In this document: in pieces, positions 42,622-52,420 of the stretch
Numbering within the stretch: position 1 is the first letter of the stretch
Layout: each line of letters begins with the position of its first letter
Source of the DNA: Burkholderiales bacterium
Lineage (GTDB): Bacteria > Pseudomonadota > Gammaproteobacteria > Burkholderiales > Casimicrobiaceae
Direction: 5' to 3'
Assembly: GCA_020845855.1 (NCBI GenBank)
Contig: JADLEZ010000300.1
Span: 1-60,768, forward strand
Length of the DNA: 60,768 bases
Position numbers and translations under genes: made by a program
The notes under the pieces: model-generated
The model's database searches: none
What the model saw: the letters and a program-made list of their open reading frames with translations, nothing else
Told to the model about the DNA's origin: nothing

Positions 42622-42708
42622 TGGTGCCCAGGAAGGGACTCGAACCCCCACAGTGTTGCCACCGCTAGGACCTGAACCTAGTGCGTCTACCAATTCCGCC
42701 ACCTGGGC
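42622..42708 (-). tRNA. tRNA-Leu (anticodon CAG)
   Basis: GCCCAGGTGGCGGAATTGGTAGACGCA-CTAGG-TTCAGGT-CCTAG-variable arm-GGTTCGAGTCC...GGGCACCA; 87 nt. Confidence 0.97.
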
Positions 42709-42734
42709 ACGGCACCACAAACCACAACCCTTAA

Positions 42735-45011
42735 TTGTATCGAACTTTGACCAGATCGCGCAAACCCACCCCTGAACCCGGGACCTCGCCTCGCCGAGCG
42801 CGCGGCGACGCCGACGCGGCGCTCATCCCTTCGCGCGACGATATCCTGCGCGCGCTCGCAGCAGGTGGCGTGCCGATGCCCCCCGCGGAACTCGCCCGCG
42901 AGCTGCGTGTGCACCGCTCCGCGCAGGAGGCGCTCGCGGGCCGGCTGGCCGCGATGGAGCGCGACGGCCAACTCCTCACCAACCGCAAGGGCGAGCTTTG
43001 CGTGGTGGCGAAGCTCGACCTCGTGGTCGGCCTCGTGCAAGGACATCCGGACGGCTTCGGCTTCCTCCTTCCCGAAGACGGCAGCGAAGACTTCTTCCTC
43101 GGCGCGCGCGAAATGCACAAGGCGCTGCACGGGGACCGCGTGGTCGTGCGCATGGCGGGCTACGACCGGCGCGGACGGCGCGAGGGCGAGATCGTGGAAG
43201 TGCTGAATCGCGCCAACCGCGAGGTCGTCGGCCGGCTGCACGCCGAGCGCGGCGTGCACTTCATCGTCGCCGAGAACCGGCGCATCAACCAGGACTTCCT
43301 GGTGCCGGAGGACGGCATCGGCGGGGCGAAGGTCGGCGAGATCGTGGTGGCCGAGATCGTCGAGCAGCCGACCGCGGACCACGAAGCCGTCGCGCGCGTG
43401 ACCGGCGTGCTGGGTAACGCCACCGATCCCGGCATCGAAATCGAGATCGCGCTGCGCAAGCACGCACTGCCGTTCGAGTTCGGCAAGGAAGCGCAGCGCC
43501 AGGCGAAGCGGCTGCCGCAGGACGTGCGCCCGGGCGATCGCAAGGGCCGCGTGGAACTGACCGGCCTGCCGCTCGTGACCATCGACGGCGAAACGGCGAA
43601 GGACTTCGACGACGCCGTGTACTGCGAGCGCAAGGGCAGCAACTTCCGCCTCGTGGTCGCCATCGCCGACGTCGCGCACTACGTGCGCGAAGGCGACGCG
43701 ATCGACCGCAACGCGCGCGAGCGCGGCACGTCGGTCTACTTCCCGCGGCGGGTGATCCCGATGCTGCCGGAGGAGCTGTCCAACGAGCTTTGCTCGCTGA
43801 AGCCGGACGTCGATCGCCTGTGCATGGCGTGCGACATGGAAATCACGCCGCTCGGAGCCATCAAGGCCTATCGCTTCTATCCCGCCGTCCTGCATTCGCG
43901 CGCGCGGCTCACCTACACGCAGGCCTGGGACTGGCTGTCGAATCCGAAGCGCGCGAAAGGCGCGCAGGCGAAGGCGCTGTTGCCGCACCTCACCAACCTG
44001 TACTCGCTGTACGAAGCGCTGGCGGCGGCGCGCACGAAGCGCGGCGCGATCGACTTCGAGACGACCGAGCTCGCGATCGAGTTCGACGAGCACGGCAAGA
44101 TCGCGGCGATCGTGCCGGCGCCGCGCAACGACGCGCACAAGCTCATCGAAGAGTGCATGCTGGCGGCCAACGTGTGCGCGGCCGATTTCCTCGCGCAACG
44201 AAAGCAGATGACGCTGTTCCGCGTGCACGAGCCGCCGCCGCCGGAGAAGCTCGCCGCGCTGCGCGAGTTCCTCTCGACGTCCGCGCTGCACTTGGCAGGC
44301 GGCGAGAAGCCCACCGCCGCCGACTACGCGAAGCTCCTCGCCAGCGCGCGCGATCGCCCGGACTTCGACCTTCTGCAGACGGTGCTCCTGCGCTCGCTCT
44401 CGCAGGCGCAGTACCGTCCGGATAACGGGGGCCACTTCGGGCTCGCCTACGAGGCCTACGCGCATTTCACCTCGCCCATCCGCCGCTACCCCGACTTGCT
44501 CGTGCACCGCGCGATCAAGGCGGCGCTGTCCGGACAGCACTACACGCCCGCGGACATGACCTGGCAGCAGCTCGGCGTGCACACCTCGATGACCGAGCGC
44601 CGCGCCGACGACGCCTCGCGCGACGTCGTCAACTGGCTCAAGTGCTACTACATGCAGGACCACGTCGGCAAAGAATTCGAGGGAACCATCAGCGGGGTTA
44701 CCAATTTCGGCTTGTTCGTGACCCTCGACGGACTCATGATCGACGGCCTCGTGCACGTCACCGAGCTCGGGCGCGACTACTTCCACTTCGACGCCGCGCG
44801 CCACGCGCTGGTCGGCGAGCGCAGCGGCGTCATCCATCAGCTCGCCGGCCGCGTGCGGGTCGTGGTCGCGCGCGTCGACATGGAGCAGGCAAGGATCGAA
44901 TTCACGCCGGCGCAAGGGTCGGCCGCGCTGGTGCCTGCACATCCGGTGTACGCGGAGCCCCTGTCGCGTGAGGACCGGTCGCACAAGGGTCGCGCCAAGC
45001 GCCCTAGCTAG
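42735..45011 (+). CDS. rnr: Ribonuclease R
   Basis: GHPDGFGF, TIDGETAKDFDDA, HFTSPIRRYPDL and a C-terminal S1 domain; start approximate. Confidence 0.97.
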   Translation: MYRTLTRSRKPTPEPGTSPRRARGDADAALIPSRDDILRALAAGGVPMPPAELARELRVHRSAQEALAGRLAAMERDGQLLTNRKGELCVVAKLDLVVGLVQGHPDGFGFLLPEDGSEDFFLGAREMHKALHGDRVVVRMAGYDRRGRREGEIVEVLNRANREVVGRLHAERGVHFIVAENRRINQDFLVPEDGIGGAKVGEIVVAEIVEQPTADHEAVARVTGVLGNATDPGIEIEIALRKHALPFEFGKEAQRQAKRLPQDVRPGDRKGRVELTGLPLVTIDGETAKDFDDAVYCERKGSNFRLVVAIADVAHYVREGDAIDRNARERGTSVYFPRRVIPMLPEELSNELCSLKPDVDRLCMACDMEITPLGAIKAYRFYPAVLHSRARLTYTQAWDWLSNPKRAKGAQAKALLPHLTNLYSLYEALAAARTKRGAIDFETTELAIEFDEHGKIAAIVPAPRNDAHKLIEECMLAANVCAADFLAQRKQMTLFRVHEPPPPEKLAALREFLSTSALHLAGGEKPTAADYAKLLASARDRPDFDLLQTVLLRSLSQAQYRPDNGGHFGLAYEAYAHFTSPIRRYPDLLVHRAIKAALSGQHYTPADMTWQQLGVHTSMTERRADDASRDVVNWLKCYYMQDHVGKEFEGTISGVTNFGLFVTLDGLMIDGLVHVTELGRDYFHFDAARHALVGERSGVIHQLAGRVRVVVARVDMEQARIEFTPAQGSAALVPAHPVYAEPLSREDRSHKGRAKRPS

Positions 45012-45043
45012 ATTTAGTCGAACGCGGACACTCTGGAGGGCGG

Positions 45044-45655
45044 ATGGCGTCGGGACTGCGCAGGAGTGGGATGGCAGGGCTGCTTGCGCTGACGGCGCTG
45101 GGCATCTTCGTTCTGCCGGTGATTACGCCGATGGGTGCGGACATCTCGCTGGCGGAACGGCTCCTGCTGATCCTCACGCTTGCCAGCGGCATCGCCGCCA
45201 TCAGCGACCACCAGCGAGTCGCATCCCTGCTCGCGCTGCTCACGGCTGCGCTCGTCATCGCCTGGGCATTGGGTTCCACGGCGTGGCATCACGTGCTGCT
45301 GCTGGTTTCGCTCGTCGTGCTCGCGGTGGCCATCGCCACCGGCGTGTTCGCCGCCCGCCGCCCGATCGGCGACCGCCTGCTCGGCGCCATCGTGCTGTAC
45401 CTGCTCGTAGGCGCGATCTTCGCGGCGGTGTACGCGCTCGTCGCCGGCCATGTCCCCGGGGCCTTTGCCGGGGTCACTCCTTCGCGCACGACGATGTTCG
45501 ACTGGGGCTACTTCAGCTTCGTCACGCTGACCACGGTCGGCTACGGAGACATCTCGCCGGTCGCGAACGTCGCGCGCTCGCTTGCCGCTCTCGAAGCGCT
45601 CCTGGGACAGCTCTACCCTGCGATCATCATCGCGCGCCTGGTTTCGGCGAGGTAG
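45044..45655 (+). CDS. Potassium channel family protein (Ion_trans_2 pore)
   Basis: YFSFVTLTTVGYGDISP selectivity filter with TM helices. Confidence 0.88.
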   Translation: MASGLRRSGMAGLLALTALGIFVLPVITPMGADISLAERLLLILTLASGIAAISDHQRVASLLALLTAALVIAWALGSTAWHHVLLLVSLVVLAVAIATGVFAARRPIGDRLLGAIVLYLLVGAIFAAVYALVAGHVPGAFAGVTPSRTTMFDWGYFSFVTLTTVGYGDISPVANVARSLAALEALLGQLYPAIIIARLVSAR

Positions 45656-45729
45656 CCCGGCTCGGTCGTGCGTGCGGGGGTGAAATCCTTGGGATGCGAG
45701 AACAGGATCGCCCACTTGTCCCCGAGTCA
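45645..45729 (-). pseudogene. Short remnant of a 1-Cys peroxiredoxin (Prx6-type) gene
   Basis: Minus strand reads *LGDKWAILFSHPKDFTPARTTEPGYLA versus the family motif WxILFSHPxDFTPVCTTELG. Confidence 0.75.
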
Positions 45730-45808
45730 GATTCGTTCCGCCTCGTCCGAAGGCGGACGCTCTATAGTAATCTTGCCCACCACCCGCGCTATAGAACGAC
45801 AGTACCTA

Positions 45809-46651
45809 TTGTCAGCATTCGCCGATCTCGTGCTGCAGGCGCCGGCGCTCGCCGCGCCCGTCGTCGCCACGCTGGCCGCGCGTACGCGTGCGCAGGCGAT
45901 CGTTCCGATCGGCAGCGGCGTACCGGTCGCAGTCCTCTTACCCGGAGTCTCCCGCGATGACAGCTTCCTCATCGCGGCGAATGAAGCCGGTTGCGACGCT
46001 GCATTCGTGCCCGTGGATCGCAAGCTCGCCGATGTCCGCATCGTCGCCATGGACATGGATTCGACGTTGATCACCATCGAGTGCATCGACGAGATCGCCC
46101 ACTTCAAGGGCATCAAGCCCGAGGTCGCGGCGATCACGGCGAGTGCGATGCGCGGTGAGATCGACTTCGCGCAGAGCCTCACGAGGCGGGTCGCGCTGCT
46201 CGCCGGCCTGCCGGTCGCCGATCTCGCCGCGGTCTACGACGAGCGCTTGCGCATCTCGCCCGGTGCCGCGCGGATGCTGGCGGGATTCAAGGCGGTGGGC
46301 GCGGTCACCGTGCTAGTCTCGGGCGGCTTCACGTTCTTCACCGAACGGCTCCGAGCGCGGCTCGGCCTCGACGTGACGCTCGCGAACACCTTCGAGGTGC
46401 GCGACGACCGGCTCACCGGTCGCGTCGAGGGAGCCATCGTCGACGCCGAGGCGAAGGCCGCAGCCGTCCGCGACCTCAAGGCGCGCCACCGGGGCCTGGC
46501 GGTCGCGCTCGGCGACGGCGCCAACGACCTGCCGATGTTCAGGGAGGCCGAGGTGTCGATCGCATACCGCGCGAAGCCCGTCGTGCGCGCGGCGGCCACC
46601 CACGCGCTGGACTTCTGCGACCTGGACGGCGCGCTCAACTTGTTTCGGTAA
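45809..46651 (+). CDS. serB: Phosphoserine phosphatase
   Basis: MDMDSTLITIECIDE, VSGGF and GDGANDL motifs; start uncertain (TTG 45809). Confidence 0.94.
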   Translation: MSAFADLVLQAPALAAPVVATLAARTRAQAIVPIGSGVPVAVLLPGVSRDDSFLIAANEAGCDAAFVPVDRKLADVRIVAMDMDSTLITIECIDEIAHFKGIKPEVAAITASAMRGEIDFAQSLTRRVALLAGLPVADLAAVYDERLRISPGAARMLAGFKAVGAVTVLVSGGFTFFTERLRARLGLDVTLANTFEVRDDRLTGRVEGAIVDAEAKAAAVRDLKARHRGLAVALGDGANDLPMFREAEVSIAYRAKPVVRAAATHALDFCDLDGALNLFR

Positions 46652-46775
46652 TCATCCTCCGGCGAAGCCGGGACCTTCTTTGGTAGGCCAGGCGCGGCGA
46701 AATCTCGGTTCCGGAGAGATTGCGGGCGGATCGGCTTGTTCGACTGGCGCGACACAGCGCCCCGAAGCCACACGG

Positions 46776-47387
46776 TCAACCGCGCAGCGGCAGCAGGGCG
46801 CCGATGGCCACGAAGATGCCGCCGCACACGCGGTTAAAGGCGCGGCCGGCGCGTTCGAGCCACCGGGTGATGCGCTGCGCCAGCGTGGCGAGGACGAACT
46901 CCGTGACGAACTCGATCGCCACGAACGTCGATGCCATGATCGCAAACTGCGCGAGGATGCTGCGCGCCGGATCGATGAACTGCGGCAGGAACGCCGCGAA
47001 GAAGAGGATGCCCTTGGGATTGGTGGCGGCGGAGAGGAAGCCCTGGCGGAACAGCGAGGCTCCCCTCACGGCCATCCCGGCGCCCGGCTCCTCCACACGA
47101 ACCGGCGGTGAGCGCCACACCTGGATGCCGAGCCAGACCAGATAGGCGCCTCCCACCCACTTCAGCACGGTGAGCCACACGAGCGAGGTCCGCAGCAGGG
47201 CCCCGATGCCGAACATCGACAGCGCGATGATCAGCAGGAACCCCGCCGAGCCCCCCACGAGCGTGTAGAGCGTCTTGCGGCGCCCGTGCAGCGCGCCATG
47301 CGTAAGCGCGAGCAGGCTATTGGGTCCCGGAGACAGCGAAAGGCCCAAAGCAGCCACGAAGTAGACGAGCCAGACCTGAAGCGCCAT
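46776..47387 (-). CDS. LysE/RhtB family amino acid efflux protein
   Basis: LSPGPN, LKWVGGAYLVWLG and NPKGILFF motifs. Confidence 0.93.
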   Translation of the reverse strand: MALQVWLVYFVAALGLSLSPGPNSLLALTHGALHGRRKTLYTLVGGSAGFLLIIALSMFGIGALLRTSLVWLTVLKWVGGAYLVWLGIQVWRSPPVRVEEPGAGMAVRGASLFRQGFLSAATNPKGILFFAAFLPQFIDPARSILAQFAIMASTFVAIEFVTEFVLATLAQRITRWLERAGRAFNRVCGGIFVAIGALLPLRG

Positions 47388-47521
47388 CGCGTGAAGGAGT
47401 ACGAGCTACGGATGAGGTAGTGGGCGCCCAATGAAACACACGATCTTGACATACTCCGCGATCGCCATGTGGAGAAAGCACGCCGCGCCCTCGTGGTACA
47501 ACGACGCGAAGCGGCACTGGC

Positions 47522-47630
47522 ATGCAGCGTGTTGATCATCCTCGGCGGCGTCCTGCTCGCGGTCGGCCTCCTGTGGCCATGGCTCGCGAAGCTCGGACTC
47601 GGCCGGCTGCCGGGCGACATCCACATACGC
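47522..47630 (+). pseudogene. DUF2905 family gene remnant (5' frameshift, 3' half replaced by repeat)
   Basis: LIILGGVLLAVGLLWPWLAKLGLGRLPGDIHIR. ATG 47522 is out of frame and the expected FYFP C-terminal half is absent. Confidence 0.72.
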
Positions 47631-47684
47631 AATTCGCTGATTCGACGCGAAAGCGGATCCCTCGCTGCGCTGAAGGATGACACC
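47626..47684 (-). repeat. Half copy of family B element
   Basis: Reverse complement GGTGTCATCCTTCAGCGCAGCGAGGGATCCGCTTTCGCGTCGAATCAGCGAATTGCGTA is near-identical to 41153-41210. Confidence 0.88.
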
Positions 47685-48039
47685 GGGAGACGCGCCGGCA
47701 GATCGGTTGCGAAGGGCCCGTGATCGCTCGCGTGATGGAAAGTCATGGACTGCGCACCGCGCCCCACTCTTCCGCTGTTGTCGCCCTCGCCGAAGAGGGT
47801 ACCGCTGCCTTCGGCCTCGAGCCTGGACCATACATCGTTTCGCGGTCGGGCCTGTCTTGCGCCTGCGGCCGCTCGCGCTGTCCGCACGCTCGAGCGCAGC
47901 GACTCGCCGGTATCTACGAGATCGTTCCGCTGCTCTGCCCGTCTTGCGCAAACCCGATGACTTGTCGCGCCCTGCGTGGCATGATGCGGGTGCCCCATCC
48001 CGCCGTGCCCGCTTTGCCCGCTTAGGCGCCGGAGGTCCC

Positions 48040-50607
48040 GTGGAGCACAGCAACGACGTCTTGAGCTTCGCCGCAGGGCGCATCCGGCTGGACTGCGCGA
48101 AGCGAACCCTCGTCACGGACGGGCGGCCCGCCAAGCTCGGCGGACGGGCGTTCGACCTCCTCGAAGCGCTCGTCGCGCGGCGCGACCGGGTCGTCCCCAA
48201 GCAGGAGCTCCTCGACGTGGTCTGGCCAGGCCTCGTCGTCGAGGAGAACAACCTGCAGGTCCACGTCGTGACCCTGCGCAAGCTCCTGGGGCCGCAATCG
48301 ATCGCGACCGCGCCCGGACGCGGCTAACGGTTCACGCTCGATGCCGATCGCCGCCACGACGTGGAAGATGTCGAGACGAGCCCCGCCGCCGCGGCCGAGC
48401 ATTCCCCGCTCGCGTCCGCGCGCTCGCTCATCGGGCGTGCCTCGCTCGTGGCCGAGGCGATCGAGCTCATGCAGCGCCCCGGGACCAGGCTCGTCACGCT
48501 GACCGGCCCCGGCGGGTCGGGCAAGACCCGCCTGGGACTGCGCGTCACGGCCGAGCTCGCGCACGCGTACGCCGGCGGCAGCTACGTCGTCATGCTGGCG
48601 CCGATTCGCGAGCCCGACCACGTCGCCTCCGCCGTTGCGACGGTGCTCAACGTGCAGGAGGCCGGCGCCAAGCCGCCGCAGGATCTCGTCATCGCGTACC
48701 TGCGCGAGAGCGAGGTGCTCCTCATGCTCGACAACTTCGAGCACCTGACGAAGGCGGCGCCGTACGTCCTGAACATCCTCGCGAGCTGCCCGCGCGTGAA
48801 AATCCTCGTCACGAGTCGCACGGTGCTGCGTACGCCGGCAGAGGTGGCGCTGGTCGTTCCCCCGCTCGCGGTGCCCGAGCGGTCGGCGTCGGGGGCCGAG
48901 CTCATCGAGGCGCCTGCCGTGCGCCTGTTCCTGGATCGCGCACGGGCGATCGGACGCGAGGTCGACCTCCGCAGTCGCGCCGACGTCGCCGCGGTGGCCG
49001 ATATTTGCCGGCGCCTCGATGGCTTGCCGCTCGCCATCGAGCTCGCCGCCGCGCGCCTGCGCGTGCTGTCGCCCCGCGCGCTGTCGGATCGCCTGGGCAG
49101 CCGACTCGCGCTGCTGCGAGGCGGGCCCGCCGACGCGCCGGAGCGCCAGCAGACGTTGCGCGCCGCCATCGAGTGGAGCTACGAGCTCCTCACCGACAGC
49201 GGGCGTGCCTTGTTCCGGCGCCTGGCCGTGTTCGTCGGCGGGTGGACGCTCGGCGCCGCGGAAGTCATCTGCGCGGGACCGGGCTTGGACAGCGAAGGCC
49301 TCGACCTCCTCTCCGAGCTCCTGGACCACAGCCTCGTCCAACGCGTCGACGACGTCGACGGCGAGCCGCGCTTCGCGATCCTGGAGACGGTTCGCGAGTA
49401 CGCGCAGGATCGGCTCGAAGCAAGCGGAGAAACTCTTGCGACCCGGCAGCGGCACGCCGAATGGTTCCTCGAATTCGCGACGATGGCGAACTCGCACATC
49501 ACGAGCGCAAGGCGCCGCCCCTGGCTGCAGCGACTGGCGGCGGACTACAACAACGTGCGTTCGGCCCTTTCCTGGCTCGTGCTGGAAAGGCCAGACCCCG
49601 AGCGGGCGCTGGCGCTCGCGGGTGCGCTGGCGTGGTACTGGTACTTTTCCGGCCAATACGGCGAAGGACGGGGCTGGATCCGCCTCGCGGTGAGCCTCGC
49701 GGGCGAGTCGCGGCGCGACGCCGCCGTCGCGCAGGTACTGTCGGGCGCCGCGCGCCTTGCCATCTACGCGGGTGCTGTCGAAGAGGCGGTCGAGTCGGCT
49801 CGGCGCAGCATCGGCATGTGGCGAGCTACGGACGATCGTCGCGGACTCGCGTTCGCGCTGTCTCACGAGGGAATAGCGCGGGTCCTCATGCGCCAGCGCG
49901 ACGCCGCGCGTGCGCTGTTCCGCGAGAGCAGGGAATGCTTCGTCGCGCTCGAGGATGCCTGGGGAGTGGCGTACGCGACCACCTACGAAGGCTGCGCGCT
50001 CGCCTTCGAGAGCGGCACCGAGGAAGATGCCTATCCGCTGCTCGACGAAGGCCGGGCGCGCTTCGGTGCGCTTGGCGACACCTGGGGGTTCACCACATCG
50101 TCGCATTATCTCGGGACTATCGCGCTGCGCCGCGGAGACTACGAATCGGCGCGCGCGCTTACCGAAGAGATGCTGGCGAACTCGCGCGAGCTCGGCGACA
50201 ACTATCGCGTGGCGCGCAATCTCCATCAGCTTGCGGAGATCGCACTCGCGCAACAGAGCCTGGGCGAGGCGAGGCGCTGCCTCGTCGAGAGCCTCGCGCT
50301 CAACCGCGACCAGGGCCGCGTCGGTGACGGCGCCCAGCAGCTGCGCCTGCTGGCGCGCGTTGTGGCGATGGAGGGCCGCCACGACCACGCGGCGCGACTG
50401 TTCGGCGCGGCGTTGCCGCATGAGGGCAAGGATCGCACGCTGCCTGCGGACGACGCCGGAGCCAACGACAACGCGATTGCCTCGGCGCGCGCCAAGCTCG
50501 GCGAGCGCCGCTTCGACACCGAGTGGGCGCGCGGCGCCGCGATGTCGTTCGACGAGGCGGCGCGCTGGGTCGCGACGCTCGAGGAATCGACCGTCGCCGG
50601 TCACTGA
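48040..50607 (+). pseudogene. OmpR-type winged-HTH + STAND ATPase + TPR regulator split by an in-frame TAA at 48325-48327
   Basis: wHTH (VEENNLQVHVVTLRKLLG..APGRG*RF) is in frame with GPGGSGKT, LLMLDNFEHL, LDGLPLAIELAAAR and TPRs; GGAGG RBS upstream of GTG 48040. Confidence 0.85.
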
Positions 50608-51350
50608 AGCCGCGATTCCGCAACGCGCTCGCGCACGAAGGCCTCGAGTGACGTGACCCCGATGACCTGGCCGGCGCCCGGTACCGGATCGTAGCCCTCG
50701 AGGTACGCATCGTCGGGCAGGGACGCTATCGTCAGCACACGGCCGATGCCGGGGTGCGCGGCCCGCGCAACGGGTGCCAGCAGTCGCAACAGGGAGGCGG
50801 GAACGTGACGCACGCGCGCCGCGATGCCGGCGCATCGTGCGTAAATCCCGGCTACCTCGTCGGTGGTGAAATTGCCCGGCCCGCCGATCGCGATGACGGC
50901 GGGCAGCGGCGCGGCGCCCGTCAGCGCATCGACGGCGACCCGTGCGACGTCGCGGGCGGCAACGAAATTGCGGCGCTTGCGCCCACTCCCGAGCACCAGC
51001 GTGCGGCCCTTGTCCAGGATCGACTTGCCGTTGAAGGCGTGCGCGTGCGCTTCCATGAACGCCGACGGACGCAGGATCACATGGCCGAGCCCGCTCGCGC
51101 GCAGGTACTCCTCGACCGCGTACTTGGTGCGAAAGAAATCGACCGGATGATCGGCTGCGGCGCCCAGCGCGGACGTGTAGACGAAACGGCGCACCCCGGC
51201 CGCGCGCGCGGCGTCGATCAGCGCTCGGTGTCCCGCGCCGTCGACGAGCTCCGATCGGTGACGGCCCCGGCCGAGCGCCGAATGCGCCGCCGCGAGCACA
51301 CGGTCCGCACCGACGCATGCCCTCGCCAGCGACTCGCGATCGACGGGCAA
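50601..51350 (-). pseudogene. NmrA-like / NAD(P)-binding atypical SDR lacking its N-terminal Rossmann motif
   Basis: LIDAARAAGVRRFVYTS, TKYAVEEYL, ILRPSAF and RDVA present; no GxxGxxG at the N-terminus. Confidence 0.7.
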
Positions 51351-51387
51351 AGCCCGGCGAGCTCAACCGACAAGGAAAGGAACTGCC

Positions 51388-51825
51388 ATGGTCAAGCCGA
51401 TCACTGCCCTCCTGCTCCTCGGGCTGTGCATATCCGCGTATGCAGGCCCGGCGTGCACGCAACAGACGACCCGCGGCACGTGGGCCTACACCTGCGAGGG
51501 CCAGCTTCCCGCGCCGGACCCCACGCCGACCCGCATGCTGGGGTCGTGCACGGCAAGCTCGACGGGATACTGGACCTGCAACGGCAACGTGAACCTCGGC
51601 GGCCAGATTATCCCGCATACCTTGCAAGGCCAGGCCCAAAACCAGCCTGATTGCACCGGGACGATCTCCTATGAGCACACGCTCGGCGGGGCGCCGGCGG
51701 GAACGCTGGACATCCGGTACGTCATCGCGGGAGGTGGCCAATCGATCGACGGCCTGCCGACCAATTCCGGCGGCGTCCTGTCGTGCTCCCTGCGCCGGAT
51801 CGGACGCGGCCACTTCGACGGGTAG
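51388..51825 (+). CDS. Hypothetical exported Cys-containing protein
   Basis: Signal peptide, AAGGA RBS, six Cys in the mature part. Confidence 0.72.
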   Translation: MVKPITALLLLGLCISAYAGPACTQQTTRGTWAYTCEGQLPAPDPTPTRMLGSCTASSTGYWTCNGNVNLGGQIIPHTLQGQAQNQPDCTGTISYEHTLGGAPAGTLDIRYVIAGGGQSIDGLPTNSGGVLSCSLRRIGRGHFDG

Positions 51826-51846
51826 TCACGGCATCGCCGGTGTTCC

Positions 51847-51879
51847 GGGGAGTCGCGACTTCAGTCGCCGCGACTCCCC
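51847..51879. terminator. Inverted repeat between convergent genes (terminator or REP-like)
   Basis: GGGGAGTCGCG-ACTTCAGTCGC-CGCGACTCCCC. Confidence 0.55.
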
Positions 51880-51883
51880 GTGA

Positions 51884-52081
51884 TCAAGCCTCGTCGATCC
51901 ACGCGGCCTGGATGGCCTCGAGGACCTTCTCGCCGCCGCGCTTGTGGTCGTCGTCGAAGCCGGGCAGGCCGACCACCCAGTTGTGCAGGTCGACGAAGCG
52001 CACGTAGCGCGGGTCGACGTCGGGATGCGCCTCGGCCAGCGCGATCGCGATCTCCTGCGTGTCGGTCCACTTGAGCTTCAT
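51884..52081 (-). CDS. iscX: Fe-S assembly protein IscX
   Basis: MKLKWTDTQEIAIAL..VRFVDL..EKVLEAIQ. Confidence 0.95.
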   Translation of the reverse strand: MKLKWTDTQEIAIALAEAHPDVDPRYVRFVDLHNWVVGLPGFDDDHKRGGEKVLEAIQAAWIDEA

Positions 52082-52413
52082 CTTTCCTTGACCTGATTGA
52101 TGGTGTACTTCGGGATCTCGACGACCAGCGGCGTGTCCTGCACGATCGCCTGGCACGACAGGCGGGACTTCGGCGTCAGACCCCACGCGCGGTCGAGCAG
52201 ATCGTCCTCGTCCTCCGTCGACTCCGGCAGGGAGTCGAAGCCTTCGCGCAGGATCACGTGACACGTAGTGCACGCGCACGACTTCTCGCAGGCGTGCTCG
52301 ACCTCGATCCCCTGCTCGAGCAGGTTGTCGAGCAGTGACTTGCCCTGCTCGCCTTCGAACGTCTTGCCCTCGGGGCAGATCTCGGCGTGCGGCAGGACGA
52401 CGATCTCGGGCAT
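52078..52413 (-). CDS. fdx: ISC system 2Fe-2S ferredoxin
   Basis: HACEKSCACTTCH and SRLSCQ motifs. Confidence 0.97.
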   Translation of the reverse strand: MPEIVVLPHAEICPEGKTFEGEQGKSLLDNLLEQGIEVEHACEKSCACTTCHVILREGFDSLPESTEDEDDLLDRAWGLTPKSRLSCQAIVQDTPLVVEIPKYTINQVKER

Positions 52414-52420
52414 GGCCGCG

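Noticed and set aside
42622-42708. Prophage or genomic island integrated at tRNA-Leu
   Set aside because: No integrase, phage genes or duplicated tRNA 3' end were seen.
46652-46775. CCTCCGGCGAAGCCGGG hairpin resembling an IS200/IS605-type end
   Set aside because: Single short imperfect copy with no transposase; not supportable.
47388-47520. Short AT-richer stretch with small ORFs
   Set aside because: No recognisable motif or RBS; cannot be assigned.
48325-48327. Programmed readthrough or recoding of the in-frame stop
   Set aside because: TAA is not a Sec or Pyl codon, and it is one substitution away from the expected Tyr codon.
48022-51813. 1263-aa minus-strand ORF
   Set aside because: Shadow of the STAND regulator and neighbouring genes; Arg/Ala-rich with no motifs.
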